This document shows, in pieces, positions 14,297 to 27,750 of a stretch of DNA of 64,000 bases. The notes below the pieces were generated by a model, which saw nothing but the letters and a program-made list of their open reading frames with translations, did not search any database and was not told the origin of the DNA. Position numbers and translations under genes: made by a program. This DNA comes from Octopus sinensis (lineage: Eukaryota), in the NCBI RefSeq assembly GCF_006345805.1, contig NC_043014.1, positions 28,334,001-28,398,000 of the forward strand, given 5' to 3'. Positions within the stretch are counted from its first letter, which is position 1, and each line of letters opens with the position of its first letter.

Positions 14297-14411
<115 letters not shown>

Positions 14412-14502
14412 GTTACATGCATATCTCTCTCTTTATATATATATATAGACATATATAGTTTGATAATTAGATAAATAGATAGACAGATAGATAGATAGAT
14501 AA

Positions 14503-14573
<71 letters not shown>

Positions 14574-14655
14574 CCCTTTTGTTTCATAAATATACACATG
14601 TGTGTGTATGCATGTATATATGAGTGTGTGTGAGTGTGTGTGAGTGTATGTGTGT

Positions 14656-14701
<46 letters not shown>

Positions 14702-15253
14702 TTGTGTACACATATACATTACCACAAAAGCCAAATCATACAGGAATGTTTGTTCATAAATGTTTTGGTCATGTCACGCACGCCACCTTACCCGTATTCC
14801 ATTACAAATGGAAAATATCAGTTACATAAGGAAAAATCTGTAAGCAGATTACATTCTCAAATCGTCAGTGATTGCATAACGGTCATCAGTAAAAACTATA
14901 ATTTTTTTTCTGAATCTGAGGCCTGTGCTACAGTATCAACGACTATAACTGTGTTAAAATAGGTGAAAAATTTACCATTGTTTGTTGCAGAAAGGAAATA
15001 TATTCATTTCTTTAAAATTTCAATTGTGTCCAATACATTCTGCATTATCTTTTTTTTTTATCTTTTATTTCTTTCAGTCATTAGACTGCAGCCTTGCTGG
15101 AGAACCGCCTTGAAGAAGTTTGGTCGAACGAATAGGTCCCAGTACTCTTTTATTTCTTTTCACTCTGGTACTTATTCAATTTTCACTCTTTGCCGAACCG
15201 CTAGGATATGAGGACGTAAACGCACCAAAAACGGTTGTCAAGTGATTTTTGAT

Positions 15254-16560
15254 CCTTCGACTGTGATAATATGAAGAGTGCTAGCATGATTGCTCAATAC
15301 TAGGTTCAACATGATTCTCATGTATCTCGTTATATCAAGCACGACTTGGGACAGGAAAAATAAAATCAATGACAAAATTGAAAAGCGCCTCTGTTGGTGT
15401 TTTGTTTGAAATGGAGTTGCAAATTTCTGGATCTCTGAATGAAGTGCGTCAGTTATACGGAGACCGTAATGGACAGCAATGTTCAAGGTAAGACTTGGTC
15501 AACGTAGAGAGGAATGATGGCATCAGAACATCTGGACGAGAAGGTTCGAAGGACTCAGTGTTACGTCCTGTGCGCCACATCGATTGCATTATTGATGTGT
15601 GCACTTCGGTTGAGGTATTTGTCTAGAGTCGCAGTTATGTTCATACTTGCACTTTGACACTACGAGTAACTCACCTGAAGAAAAAAATTATGGCTGTTTA
15701 AGTATATTTCCAAAATGGAGAGCTCGAAGTTTTTCCTCATTTAACAGCATGCAGTTTGTTTGTTTGTTTTTCTTGTTGGGGGTGATCGTGGTTTAGATTA
15801 TTCCCATAAAATCACAGAATATAGATTGGATTAGAACTGTTTTTGGTTACATACTGTCTTGATGATATTCTGGAGCTTTAATTCTATTTCATGTTTGATG
15901 TCATTTATATAAATAATAAACGGAAGTGGACCTAACACCTTACGCTACTTAATGACCTTTGCTGGTTTTGAGTAAATTCCATCGATCACAACATATTGGG
16001 TTTTATTTATCAGGAAACATTTAATCCACCGCAGTAACTTACCAATATTGCAATGCTGGATTATTTCTTCAGCAGTGTTCTATTATTAGTTCTGTCGGAA
16101 GCTTCAGTGAAGTCAAGATAAATGACATTTGTAGTGTAGCTCTCGTCCAGATCGTGTAGAATACCATACAAATGATAAAGAAGCTAAGTTAAGCAGTGTC
16201 TGCCACCTTGCAAACCATGTTGGTTGAGATCAAGTAGATTTTTTTCTCTAGGAACGCAGTTATTTTTTTCATCTCACATTCTCGAATAATTTAATATGCG
16301 GTCATCATAAGATCGGACTGTCTCTTTCAGGACACCAGCGAGGGATCGGCAAAGGCTACAGCTGAATTGGGTTTAATATTCAGAATTGTCGTAATGATAT
16401 CAGCAGTAACGTAAGTTACATATTTACTTCATCAATGCTGCCTTAGTCAACCGCATCAGAATCATTGAGGACAGATCAGTTTTCATTCTACAGAATCTTG
16501 ACCTCTTTGGCAACATGTAAAAAGTATCAATGGGCCGATGGATGAAAAAGTAGTCCTATA
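15254..16560 (-). mobile_element. Decayed L2/CR1-group LINE reverse transcriptase remnant
   Basis: Minus-strand pieces AFLEKKNLLDLNQHGLQGGRHCLT, ILHDLDESYTTNVIYLDFTEASDR, GKLLRWIKCFL..KTQYVVIDG, VLGPLPFIIYINDI, WVLRTFSSR. Many stops and frameshifts. Confidence 0.85.
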
Positions 16561-16984
16561 CTTTAGTTACAAACGAATAGAAGACATTAGGATTTTCAGT
16601 TGCCTAGGCTTCCCCGGTAGTCCTTTGCTTATGAATGAGAAATGTCATGCAGTTCTGAGGAAGTTACTTTTTTTATTTATTCTGGTGTACTTATTGCCCG
16701 TGAGAAAGGTGCCGATGGTGGCAATATTTTAGCCTATTAATATTTTGATGGTTCTCTTTATTTTTTTTTATGAGTGTTTTTCTCTCACTTGTGAATCATA
16801 GTAGGTGTGGTTAGCACGTATAAATGAGATTGTCCTCAAACAGCTGACGAGTCGCTTTTATTACGGAAGCATTAAGAGTCATGTTTGGTTTCACTCCTGT
16901 TCACTTTATGCAGGTACATATTGTCAAATGGATGAGGTGATGTCAGTGATTTTAATCAAAAAATGTCGAACAATGAAGCCGAAA

Positions 16985-17232
16985 ACTATCAAAACATTTA
17001 ATCCACCGCAGTAACTTACCAAGATTGCAATGCTGGATTATTTCGACAGGCGGATTTTTCGACTGTGATAATATGAAGTGCTACCATGGTTGCTCAATAC
17101 TAGGTTCAACAGGATTTTCAGGTATCCCGTCAGATCAAGCACAACTTGAGATAGGAAAAATAAAATCAATGACAAAATAGAAAAGCGCCTCTGTTGGTGT
17201 TTTGTTCGAAATGGAGTTGCAAATATCTGGCT
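16985..17232 (-). mobile_element. Rearranged second copy of parts of the adjacent LINE remnant
   Basis: 17058-17230 matches 15254-15430; 16990-17045 matches 16013-16068. Confidence 0.8.
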
Positions 17233-17384
17233 TCAAGGTATTCAAAAACCAATACAGAACGAAGGATAAAATTGTCTACCATTATAAAATGTTGCTAGAC
17301 TTGCATTGTTTGATACTAACGTTTTGACTTCTTTGAAGCATCCTTGGAAGTAGATAAGTGATGCTTGAGGTACCTATAGATCCC

Positions 17385-17457
<73 letters not shown>

Positions 17458-17595
17458 TGTATGTATGTATGTATGTATGTATGTATGTATGTGTGTATGT
17501 ACGTATGTATGTATGTGTGTATGTATGTATGTGTGTATATATTTTCTTTTCTAGTTTCAGCTCAGAGCTGCGGCCATGCTGATGCACCGCCGTTT

Positions 17596-17640
<45 letters not shown>

Positions 17641-17681
17641 ATATATATATATATATATAATATATATATACAAACTGGGAC

Positions 17682-17990
17682 AAGAACGTAAAACATTTAG
17701 AAGACGATACAAAAAAGCCTTCGATCTTCAGTCAAGAACCGGATCATCCTCGCAATTTCGGCTGATTAATTTTGAGATTGCTCCGACCTGGCCAGCCCCA
17801 AATGAAAATCTAAGCCAAGCGCATTAGATTCCTTGGAAGAAAGCTTCGAATGTATACAAAACAAAGACGGAAAAACGGACAATGTTGTACGAATAAGAAT
17901 ACAAAAATACGTAAAAACAATAATGATAATAGTAATAACAATAATAACAAAAACAGGACGTCACAGACAGGCGTCTTGCTAATTATATGT
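17682..17990. mobile_element. Probable PLE terminal (pseudo-LTR-like) fragment abutting (TA)n
   Basis: Starts exactly at the end of a (TA)n tract (ACAAACTGGGACAAGAACG). Its style resembles the other TA-anchored fragments at 38203 and 45597. Family assignment is inference. Confidence 0.35.
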
Positions 17991-18339
17991 ATGATGTCTT
18001 ACAGAGAAATGTGACGTAGTCTACATTTTTGGTGGCAACATGGAGCTCCAAGGGCGTTACTGCCATTTATTTATCAGGTATTTCGTAGCAATCTCCAGTT
18101 TTGGGATTGTAAATTTATAGCCTTCGAAATGTGATGTGATAAGTGGTCATTAGTCCAAGAGATGCTACGCTTTAGCTTGATACTACTGTCTTCTTCAAAT
18201 CTTCAGGAAATACATTCATGCATATTCCTCTTTTGATATGCTGAGCGTTTAACATCCAGGTGCTATTTGAAGTATGTTAGTCTGGCTATTTTTGGAGTTG
18301 TATGGGAAGTCATCAGGAAGAGAGTGCTTCCAGAGGATC

Positions 18340-18730
18340 CCACTGCCGACATGGTTTTGGCGTGGCACCTTGGGTAAGTGCCTTCTCCTATAACCTTGGG
18401 TCGATCAAAGCCTTGTGACTAGATCCAGTAAGCTGAAACTGAACGAGGCCGTGATACATGTGTGTGCGTGTGAGAGTGTGTGTGTTTGTGGGTGGGTGTT
18501 TATTTGTGTGTGTGTGAGAGAGAGAGATAGAGTGTTTGTGTTAGTCCCTCACCACCGCTTGACAACCGGAGTTGGTGTGTTTACGTCCCCGTAGTTAAAT
18601 GTTCGGCAAAAGAAACAGATAGAATAAGTATTAAGATTTTTAAAATAACGTTCTGGGGTTGATTCCTTCGACAAAAAATTATTCAAGGTAGTATCCCAGC
18701 ATGGCCACACTCTAATAACTGAAACATGTA
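18340..18730 (+). mobile_element. Diverged SINE family A
   Basis: GTGGCACCTTGGGTAAGTG head, (TG)n, CACCGCTTGACAACCG body, CCCAGCATGGCC tail. Confidence 0.8.
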
Positions 18731-19278
18731 AAAGGCAAAACATAAAAATAAAATATAACCAAAGCAACAAAAAAAAGGAAATTAAAAATGTGAAAAATTA
18801 TAAAGACAGACAAAACTATGAAAATTTTAGATAAATGTCACGTTGATCATACACCATTTCTAAAGAAAAGAAAATATAAAATAATAAATTGTTTTATACA
18901 TTGGTGCTATCATTGGTTTGGTTCCGTACAATAAACATCATATGAAGCCAGCCATGCCGAATGGCTGGCTGTTGGATGTATTTCAAAGAGAATTCTTCAA
19001 GCAATTCGAGATGAAGAAACAGAAAGAGATTTCAAATATGAAATATGCGGTATATATAATAGGTATTTTTTTAATTGTATAAAGATATACAAACATATAC
19101 GTATATCTATAGGCAGTTACAAATATAATATGCATGTGCATTCTCTTTGTATATCTATATAAATGCAGAAACCCCATTCACATACATTCATACAGAGAAA
19201 GACATACATGTACATATATGTATGTGTATGAATATATGTATATATTGAGAATATATATATAGACATACACATATATAT

Positions 19279-19412
<134 letters not shown>

Positions 19413-20268
19413 ATGGTAATACATTAATATGTACATATATTCATACGTAAATAGAAATATACATCTATGGGATTTGTGTAATTAATCACACACATATGTG
19501 AGATTATACAATTCCTATTACATGCAACATACACAGATACAGACATTAAATGCTTAAGGTCCTAGATATATCTCCGAGGAATAATAAAACTCTTTGGCGC
19601 CCATTTCTTCTTCAGGTCACTGCCTATAGTTCCACAACATCCACACACTGACTCATATACACCCACACACATATACACACTCATTTATACGCACACTCAT
19701 ACATATATACACACCTATCTGTACAATATTTCTTACAATAAATAGTTTGTCATTGATACACGTATATTATAATAATATATAAGACCCATACAAACCTATA
19801 TAACGCTACAAAAAAAATAAAGAGAATGAAACAGGAAAAAGCAATTGTTTGTTGTTCTTGTTAGTGTTAATGCTGTCATTGTTAAGTCCTAACGGTGTCC
19901 TAATCTAGTTGACCTACCATTGAAGTATTTCCAGGCGCGACCAACCCAACTTTTTCTTGTTTCTTTTATTAGGCACAATGTATCTTGGACTACAATCTTC
20001 AAAATGCTATAAAGTGGTCCTTCCACAATGTAAAGGACTGTTTCAACATGCAGACTCCGAAGAAATTATTTGCTTGCACACTACAATTCTGAAACACACA
20101 CACACACACACACACATTCATATATACATGCATAGACACACACATACACACACATATATATGTGTGTGTGTGTGTGTATTTATATATACACTCACATATA
20201 TATATATAAACATCTACATATATTTACAAACATTTAAGCAAATATGTGTATATATACAAAATATGTAT

Positions 20269-20310
<42 letters not shown>

Positions 20311-20890
20311 TAGGCGCAGTTATCGAGATGACTTTGAGAATTTCAGATTGCAATTTTGTGTGTGTATATGTTTCTGATTATTGATTCTAAATTCAGATAA
20401 TATTTATGTCTGCTTCCTTGAGTGTTCTTTTTTCTTTTGTTCCTAATATAGCATTTCGGCTACTGGAGTACATAAAATTATGTACGAAACTGACATATGT
20501 ACTGGAATCAACGTTAATCAACGAAATCTTTGAAGACAGTGCTCAGCATAGCCGAAGCTTTCATTATATATAAGTACGACCGCAGCTGAAGGAGTCCTGC
20601 TTCTCTTCGTTGACAGCTGTATGTTGGACACTCAAGAATTTTAAGGCAGAACATCGTCTATATCAACGCTCAGCGTAGAAAACCAAGAACGTCTGTTTAT
20701 CTCGAAGTTCTACTCCGAACATTGTTTGTCAAGGTTCTGGGAGAGGTAAAACTTTCTTTGAAGCATGTATCTTCTGTTATAAAGATAAACGTCGTCTTTC
20801 AAATATATTTGTAGAGAATCGCCATGATTCATTTCTCAAGAACTTCGTCGCTGACGATGTTCAGGATACACACACACGCATACACACACA

Positions 20891-20943
<53 letters not shown>

Positions 20944-20999
20944 CAAACATGTCCAATTGTATATACACTGTATGTGTGTGTGTGGTGTGTGTGTGTGTG

Positions 21000-21030
<31 letters not shown>

Positions 21031-21329
21031 ATGAAAGACCATTTAAGATTTTGGGGTCCACGCAACAAAATAATAAATTGAGGATCCACAATAGTATTTT
21101 AAGGGCCTCCTGGAAAAATTTTGCTTTGGATGTATGTGTTAGAATGTATTGCAAGAAGCAGCTGGGTTTCTTTCTCTAAAATTTTACCTAGTTCAACCTG
21201 TGTGAATGTGTGAAAAACAAAATTGCAATTTTGAAAGATTTTTCTAGAAAACTAGTTTTTAAACATCGAATGGCTATGTTGGGTGAGGGGCCACCAGATT
21301 AAAATAGTAATCTGAATAGTCCAGAGATA

Positions 21330-21900
21330 AAGAAAAAATGGTTCAGAACTCTTGGTTTATTTCTTTGTAAATTATCGTTGACTCCTTCGGTAAATGAGAC
21401 ACGAATGAGATAGATTACTGGAGTGGACTTCGTCCTCTTTTAGAGAATGGAAGTTTCCAAAATATAGCATTCAGTATACCTTGATGTTCTGCTCGAGAGA
21501 TGTGCTAGCAACCCACATACTGCATTGAGTAAAAATAGTAGAGATGGGTGAAATGTAGTGATAATTTGCCTCTTTGATCGGTCTTGTGTTCACAGCATGT
21601 GATGTTCTGAGCCCCGCATAGTAAACCTAGTGTATGTATTCAAGGTAATCTTCAATCTTCTTCGTATTCTAAATTTCAGCTCCATAGAGAAGAATGCTCC
21701 CTGCACACATCCTGAATAGGGCCAACTGTAATAACTTTGAAATGCTTGAATGCCAGATATTGTGATCTGACATTCCAGGTTAACAGGTTACTGACGAGTG
21801 AATCTTTGTTATAGTCTGCGACATAAGATTACTCCACTATATTGATGTCATCAAAAGAGGAATACTTTATGAATTTGTGCATCTACGAATGTTAATGAAG
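21330..21900 (-). mobile_element. Decayed RTE-clade LINE, C-terminal fragment
   Basis: Minus strand gives SILLYGAEI, NITCCEH.T, ..HISR, ILNAIFWKLPFSKRGR, in the order of the RTE motifs LLYG.ETW / W.GH..R / LFW.P..KR.RGR. Confidence 0.6.
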
Positions 21901-21913
21901 GACGAAGATTCCT

Positions 21914-22025
21914 GGCGTGGCGTAGCGTGGCGTAGCGTGGCGTAGCGTGGCGTAGCGTGGCGTAGCGTGGCGTAGCGTGGCGTAGCGTGGCGTAGCGTGG
22001 CGTAGCGTGGCGTAGCGTGGCGTGG
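21914..22025. repeat. Perfect GC-rich decamer array (CGTAGCGTGG)10
   Basis: Ten identical units at 21921-22020, plus partial CGTGG units at both ends. Confidence 0.97.
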
Positions 22026-22261
22026 TGATACGCATTTCATTTATACCTGCTTGTAGAAGATTAATTAAAATGTTTACGCATACTCACACACACGCACGCA
22101 CACACACACATTCACACATACACACACACATGCATACACACGCACCATACACATACACGTATCATACACACACACATTCACACATACACACACAGTCATA
22201 CACTCACGTACCATACACACACAAGAGGACAAATGCACACGCTGACAGGATCCGTGCATAC

Positions 22262-22698
22262 GTACTCTTTACTCTTTTTTACTCTTTTTACTCTTTTTAC
22301 TTGTTTCAGTCATTTGACTGTGGCCATGCTGGAGCACCGCCTTTAGTCGAGCAAATCGACCCCGGGACTTATTCTTTGTAAGCCCAGTACTTATTCTATC
22401 GGTCTCTTTTGCCGAACCGCTAAGTTACGGGGACGTAAACACACCAGCATCGGTTGTCAAGCAATGCTAGGGGAACAAACACAGACACACAAACATATTC
22501 ACACACACTTATATATATATATACATATATACGACAGGCTTCTTTCAGTTTCCGTCTACCAAATCCACTCACAAGGCATTGGTCGGCCCGGGGCTATAGC
22601 AGAAGACACGTGCCCAAGATGCCACGCAGTGGGACTGAACCCGGAACCATGTGGTTGGTTAGCAAGCTACTTACCAAACAACCACTCCTGCGCCTATA
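22262..22698 (-). mobile_element. Full-length, near-consensus SINE family A
   Basis: Reverse complement of 3113-3521 with very few differences, including the (TACTCTTT)n tail. Confidence 0.9.
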
Positions 22699-23564
22699 TA
22701 CTTTTTTATTAATATTTAACAGAAGCGATAGAGATACTAATAAAAATATACATATACCCATAATTTGAGGTATATTGTTATATATACATACACACTTGCA
22801 TATTTATATATACATTTATACATATGCACTAATATATATACAAATATATACACATGCATATATATATATATATATATAATATATATATATAATATATATA
22901 TATACATAACTAGTTTATTATATATTACCTTCTTTGTAAGTAGCGTCCCACCAACATTTTCTTTATCACGTTTTAATTCATACATATAGTGACAACACCA
23001 AAGAATGTTAATGTATTTTAGAAGACAGTTCCCTTAAAACCAGAGGACAGATGTAAGATGTAGAATTGTAGAACAGATGTCCATTGAAAAGTATCATAAT
23101 ACAAACAGTATATTAACTACCTGCCAAATTAAAAATTGTATGAGTATAGCAGTCTACACCAGAGTATGAAAGAAGGATAGTATGAAAGGTTAAGCCAGCA
23201 GCATCTTGCTAATGTCTGTGTGACTCTTTTCCTATTAAAATGCATTTTACCATAATTCAGTTAAGGGAGCTGAAGATCAGTTTTTCTTTAGTCTGTTTCT
23301 CCCCTAATGAAATGTTTGTTGGAAGTTTAATTGCAATAACCTGAGCATATTGATCTCTCTCATAGGATGAACAGAAATATTTCTGGAAATTCATTATATT
23401 GATTTCAGATTTTGGCACAAGACCAGAAAGTTCGAGTGGGGGGGGGGCGATAATTCGATTACATCGACGCTGGTGTTCAATTTTCAACTGGTACTAATTC
23501 TTTTAATTAGTTCATTATAATTGTTCAGTATAATTCCAAGCCACACAGCAGCAACAAATGACAG

Positions 23565-24105
23565 GTTTACCTTTCAGCTGCACATAATTATCAAACAACA
23601 GATATGGGAACCAGTGTGATATTTCGGCTGTTTGATGTATCTTAAAATATTTCACTTTCGCCTTCTAAACAAAAATGGCTTGATAGGTAAGATATCAAAT
23701 TCATCGAATGGATTGTGGTATCTAATCAACTACAAGCTGTTAGTTGTATCACTCTACAAGATATATTTCCAAGATCTTTTTGTGGTGTAACCTACGATAT
23801 TTTCGCGTCCTATAAACATTTGATTTTCAATCTATAATCACCGTGAATGGTTTATGAACTAATTTTTTGCTGACAGCTATGGAACCGACTCAAAGGAGAT
23901 CACAATATCAGCTATTAAGATCGAAAACGGCAACGAGTCCGAAATATATTACCATGTGTTACCTAATGCTGAATGTATGGGTTCACATATGCTTATTCCT
24001 GGTAAATTAATGGTATTTCCTCATAGGTCCCATGTAATTGCTTTTAATCTGGATCTGGTAGCACCAGATTTCAAAGAATACACTGCATGTGAGAGGGGTC
24101 AGTAG
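23565..24105 (+). pseudogene. Possible decayed coding sequence of unidentified family
   Basis: Frame 23565-23837 reads VYLSAAHNYQTTDMGTSVIFRLFDVS*..DIKFIEWIVVSNQLQAVSCITLQDIFPRSFCGVTYDIFASYKHLIF. After a frameshift, 23863-24102 is open for 80 codons (FFADSYGTDSKEITISAIKIENG...DFKEYTACERGQ). Non-repetitive sequence; no family recognised. Confidence 0.2.
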
Positions 24106-24929
24106 TTTCAAACAAACTGAACATCAGAACGGAAGTGGTTTAAGGTGAAATCTCTTCTGAGTTTGAAACTACATACATTTCATGACTTCTATATATAAAC
24201 ATCAAGATAAACGGGGAATGAATCTACTTCCTTTTTATAAATAATTTACTTGGATGTTTTAAACCAGTTTCTCTGCTCCTTACTAATTACATACAGCTGT
24301 GTTAATGACATAAAAATTTCGACTCAATATAACTAAAAACACAAAAACAAAAACGGTGATTTGTTCCTCAATAACTGCAGACATTATAAACATTCATTAC
24401 TTCTACACATTTTGATATTAGGTACTAAATGTTTCTCATTCTTTGACGGTAAAGGGTGCCTCGCTGGATCCTCCCATCACTCCTCAGTTAGAGTTACAAA
24501 ACAATAACAACAACTCTGCATTAAACATTTAAGAAACCGCCTTCACATAAAGCAAGTCTCTTCTAAATCTTATTATAAGCAACACCACCCGATATTATAT
24601 TTCAACAGGTCATCACAATCTGCTATATAAGCATACCACACACATAAGTGTTAAAAAAAAATATTAAGAATTGCCTACAATGTTCTTAGTACATGCAAAA
24701 ACAGCAATTGATGAACAAACATTCTACACCACATCTGGTCAACACACACAAAAATAATAACTGTACCAGTATAGAAACAATATATCAATCATGGGTTGTG
24801 TCAAACCTATCTGTGCCACTAAATCCTTAACCGTTTCATAACAAATTCCACCCAAAAAACTACAGAGAATGTAAGAAAGTAGCGATCTTCCTATAATCAT
24901 AGGATGTAAAGACCCCTCTTACAAACCAC

Positions 24930-25078
24930 CTGCACGCTGAAATTCCCTGTGAACTACGTTAAGGGTACGCGTGTCTGTGAAGTTCTCAGTTACCACCGGC
25001 GCGTTAATTCCACGAGCAGTCTGTTCCGTGAATCAGATCATCAGAAACATTCGTCGTCGTAACCGGTGGAGTGCCAGT
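24930..25078 (+). mobile_element. 3' fragment of SINE family C
   Basis: GAACTACGTTAAGGGTAC.CGTGTCTGTG..GT.CTCAG...TTAATT.CACGAGC...CGTCGTCGTAACCG..GGAGTGC matches the reverse complement of 28109-28260. Confidence 0.8.
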
Positions 25079-25167
25079 CATTTTCTTTTTTTAATAACTA
25101 TAGAAGAGATCCTTGTAGAGGTATATGAATGTATTGCACACTGTCAATGTATATAAAGATAAACATA

Positions 25168-25672
25168 GGCGCAGGAGTGGCTGTATGATAAGTAGCTTGC
25201 TTACCAGCCACATGGTTTCGGGTTCAGTTCCACTGCGTGGTATCTTGGGCAAGTGTTTTCTACTATAGCCTCGGGCCGACCAAAGTCTTGTGAGTGGATT
25301 TGGTAGACGGAAACTGAAAGAAACGTGTCGTGTTTATATATATGTATATATATTTATGTGTGCGTCTTTGTGTCTGTGCCCCCTCCCACCATCGCTTGAG
25401 AACCGATGTTGGTGTGTTTATGTCCCTGAAACTTAGCGGTTCGGCAAAAGTGAGTGATATAATAAGTACTGGTTTACAAAGAAAAGTCCTTGGGTCGATT
25501 TCTTTGTCAAAAGGCAGTGCTCTAGCTTACTTACCAACCACATGGTTCTAGGTTCAGTTCCACTATGTGCCACCTTGGGCAAATGTCTTCTACTATAACC
25601 TCGGGCCGACCAAAGCCTTGTGAGTGGATTTGGTAGAAGGAAACTGAAAGAAGCCCGTCGTATATATGTGTG

Positions 25673-25703
<31 letters not shown>

Positions 25704-25706
25704 GTG

Positions 25707-25741
<35 letters not shown>

Positions 25742-25945
25742 CTGTGTCTGTGTTTGTCCCTCAACATCGCTTGACAACCGATACTGATGTATTTACGTCC
25801 CCGTAACTTAGCGGTTGGGCAAAAGAAGACCGATAGAATAAGTACTAGGCTTACAGAGAATAAATCCTGGGGTCGATTTGCTCGACTAAAGGCGGTGCTT
25901 CAGCATGGTCACAGTCAAATGACTGAAACAAGTAAAAGAGTAAAA
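25168..25945 (+). mobile_element. Two tandem SINE family A copies
   Basis: First copy 25168-25520 starts GGCGCAGGAGTGGCTG. Second copy 25525-25945 is 5'-trimmed and has a complete tail. Confidence 0.87.
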
Positions 25946-26825
25946 GTGTATGTAAACGCAGGCACGATGGTGAAATTCGCTTCGCAACCACATGCTTTCT
26001 GTTTATATCCTCTGTACCGTAGCTTGACAAATATCTTCCGATCCGTGATGAACGATGCATTGTGAATGAACCTGATAGACAGTAACTCTGCAGAAGCCCG
26101 TCGTATACGTTTGTGTCTGTATTTTTTGTATGTCTCATCACTTGACAGTCGGTGAAAGTTTCTTTACGTCCTCACAACTTAGCGGTTCGGCAAAAGAACG
26201 CGATAGAATAAGTACAAGACTTATAATAAGTACTGGAGTTGATTTGATCTGTTAAATCCCACCTTTTAAAGTGATGCCCCAATATGGCAACAGAGCAATG
26301 ACTCTTGAATATATATATTGGCAGTATGCTTACACACCTACGCAATGTTTGCCAGTTTAGGTATCCACATTGTGTATTACAATCATCGTCTCCTACAATA
26401 TTTATATACACTAACTGCTTATTGTACACGCCTAGTAACCGCCTCTATAATATTTATCTTTATATACATTGACAGTAGATAATACACGTACACTCCTCTG
26501 CACTTTTTGTTACCATCTGCATTTACAGTGTGTAATAAATTTACACATCACAACAATTCCTTTTATTTATTTTTTTTTGTCTTTTGCGTCATGAAGTGCT
26601 TTAGTCGGACGAAACGACCCCATAGGACAAATACCAACCTTTAAAAACAAATCAGTGCTTTTTTAAAAGGTTGGTACATACCGTTTAGGAATCTTTTGCC
26701 GAACCGCTAAGTTACTGGGACATAAGCAAACAAATACTGGTTGTAAGGCAGTGGTGGGCGACAAACACAAACACAAAGACACATAGAGACACACATAGAT
26801 TTATACACACACACAGAGACGTATA

Positions 26826-27690
26826 GGTGGTCTGATCAATAAGTATTCGGACTGTTGCCATAGTAACGAAGCTAAAGCAAGCAGAGTAAAGACGCTTGGC
26901 ACAGATTGACCTTGAATTCTGCTGTGTATGCGCACAACGTTTTAACGTTCTAGCTCACATCCGCTGTTTACGGCAGTGCTTGGAAGGAAGACATGTGGCG
27001 CGTGATCATTGCACTGACCGTGACAAAGAAAGCTGTCGTAGCGATACTTGCTCAGAGGTCTACTCAAAGTTGCAGAAAGTGTATGGAGAGGAGTGTATGA
27101 GTGGTTCAGACATTTCCAAAATGGCCGAAAAATGTCGATATTAACGAACGTTCTGGGAGACCTGCAACCAGCAGAACTGAGAAAAACTTAGCAGATGTGC
27201 ATGTGGCTGTGAGGGGAAATCACCATCTGTGAGTTATCAGAGGATGTTCAGATTAGTTACGGTTCAGTTCAGTCCATTATCACTGAAAATCTGTGTATGA
27301 GACGCGTGTCTGCCAAGTTTGTGCCAAAAATGCTTTCAGCTGACCAAAAGGACACTCAGGTTTCAGTTGCACAAGATCTCCTTGATTGTATCGAGAACAA
27401 TGAAAACTTTTTGAAAACTTTGCGTTGGCCTCTGATCAGGTATTGTCAAGCTTTTGGCAAAATTTGATGCAGATTCTCTGTTCAACTTTCTGTCATGATC
27501 ATTGCGACGATCACGCGCTACACACCTTCCTTCCAAGCACTGCTGTAAACAGCGGAAGTGAGCTAGTAAGCTAAAACTTCGTGCGCATGCACAACAGAGT
27601 TCAAGGTTAATCTGTACCGAGCGGCTTTACTATGCGTGTTTTAGCTTCGTTACTATGTCAACAGACCGGATATTTATTGATTACACCACG
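26826..27690 (+). mobile_element. Non-autonomous mariner derivative with TA TSD and ~200-290-bp inverted arms
   Basis: TA flanks both ends. Left GGTGGTCTGATCAATAAG mirrors right TTTATTGATTACACCACG. Internal translation SEVYSKLQKVYGEE..VYEWFRHFQNGR..ERSGRPATS..MRRVSAKFVPKMLSADQK..NENFLKT. Confidence 0.9.
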
Positions 27691-27711
27691 TATATATATA
27701 TGCATACACAG

Positions 27712-27750
<39 letters not shown>

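Noticed and set aside
16013-16068. Duplicated minus-strand GTAAGT donor suggesting duplicated exons
   Set aside because: The sequence lies inside LINE RT coding sequence (GKLLRWIKCF).
20617-20745. 129-nt plus-strand candidate exon (LYVGHSRILRQ...VKVLGE) between TTGACAG and GTAAAA
   Set aside because: The splice signals are only moderate and no homology was recognised. Such matches are expected by chance; RNA-seq would be needed.
26590-26670. ATGAAGTGC..GGACGAAAC motif and an adjacent 16-bp-arm hairpin (TACCAACCTTTAAAAA)
   Set aside because: There is no CUG core, and the short AT-rich hairpin has no supporting copies in the window.
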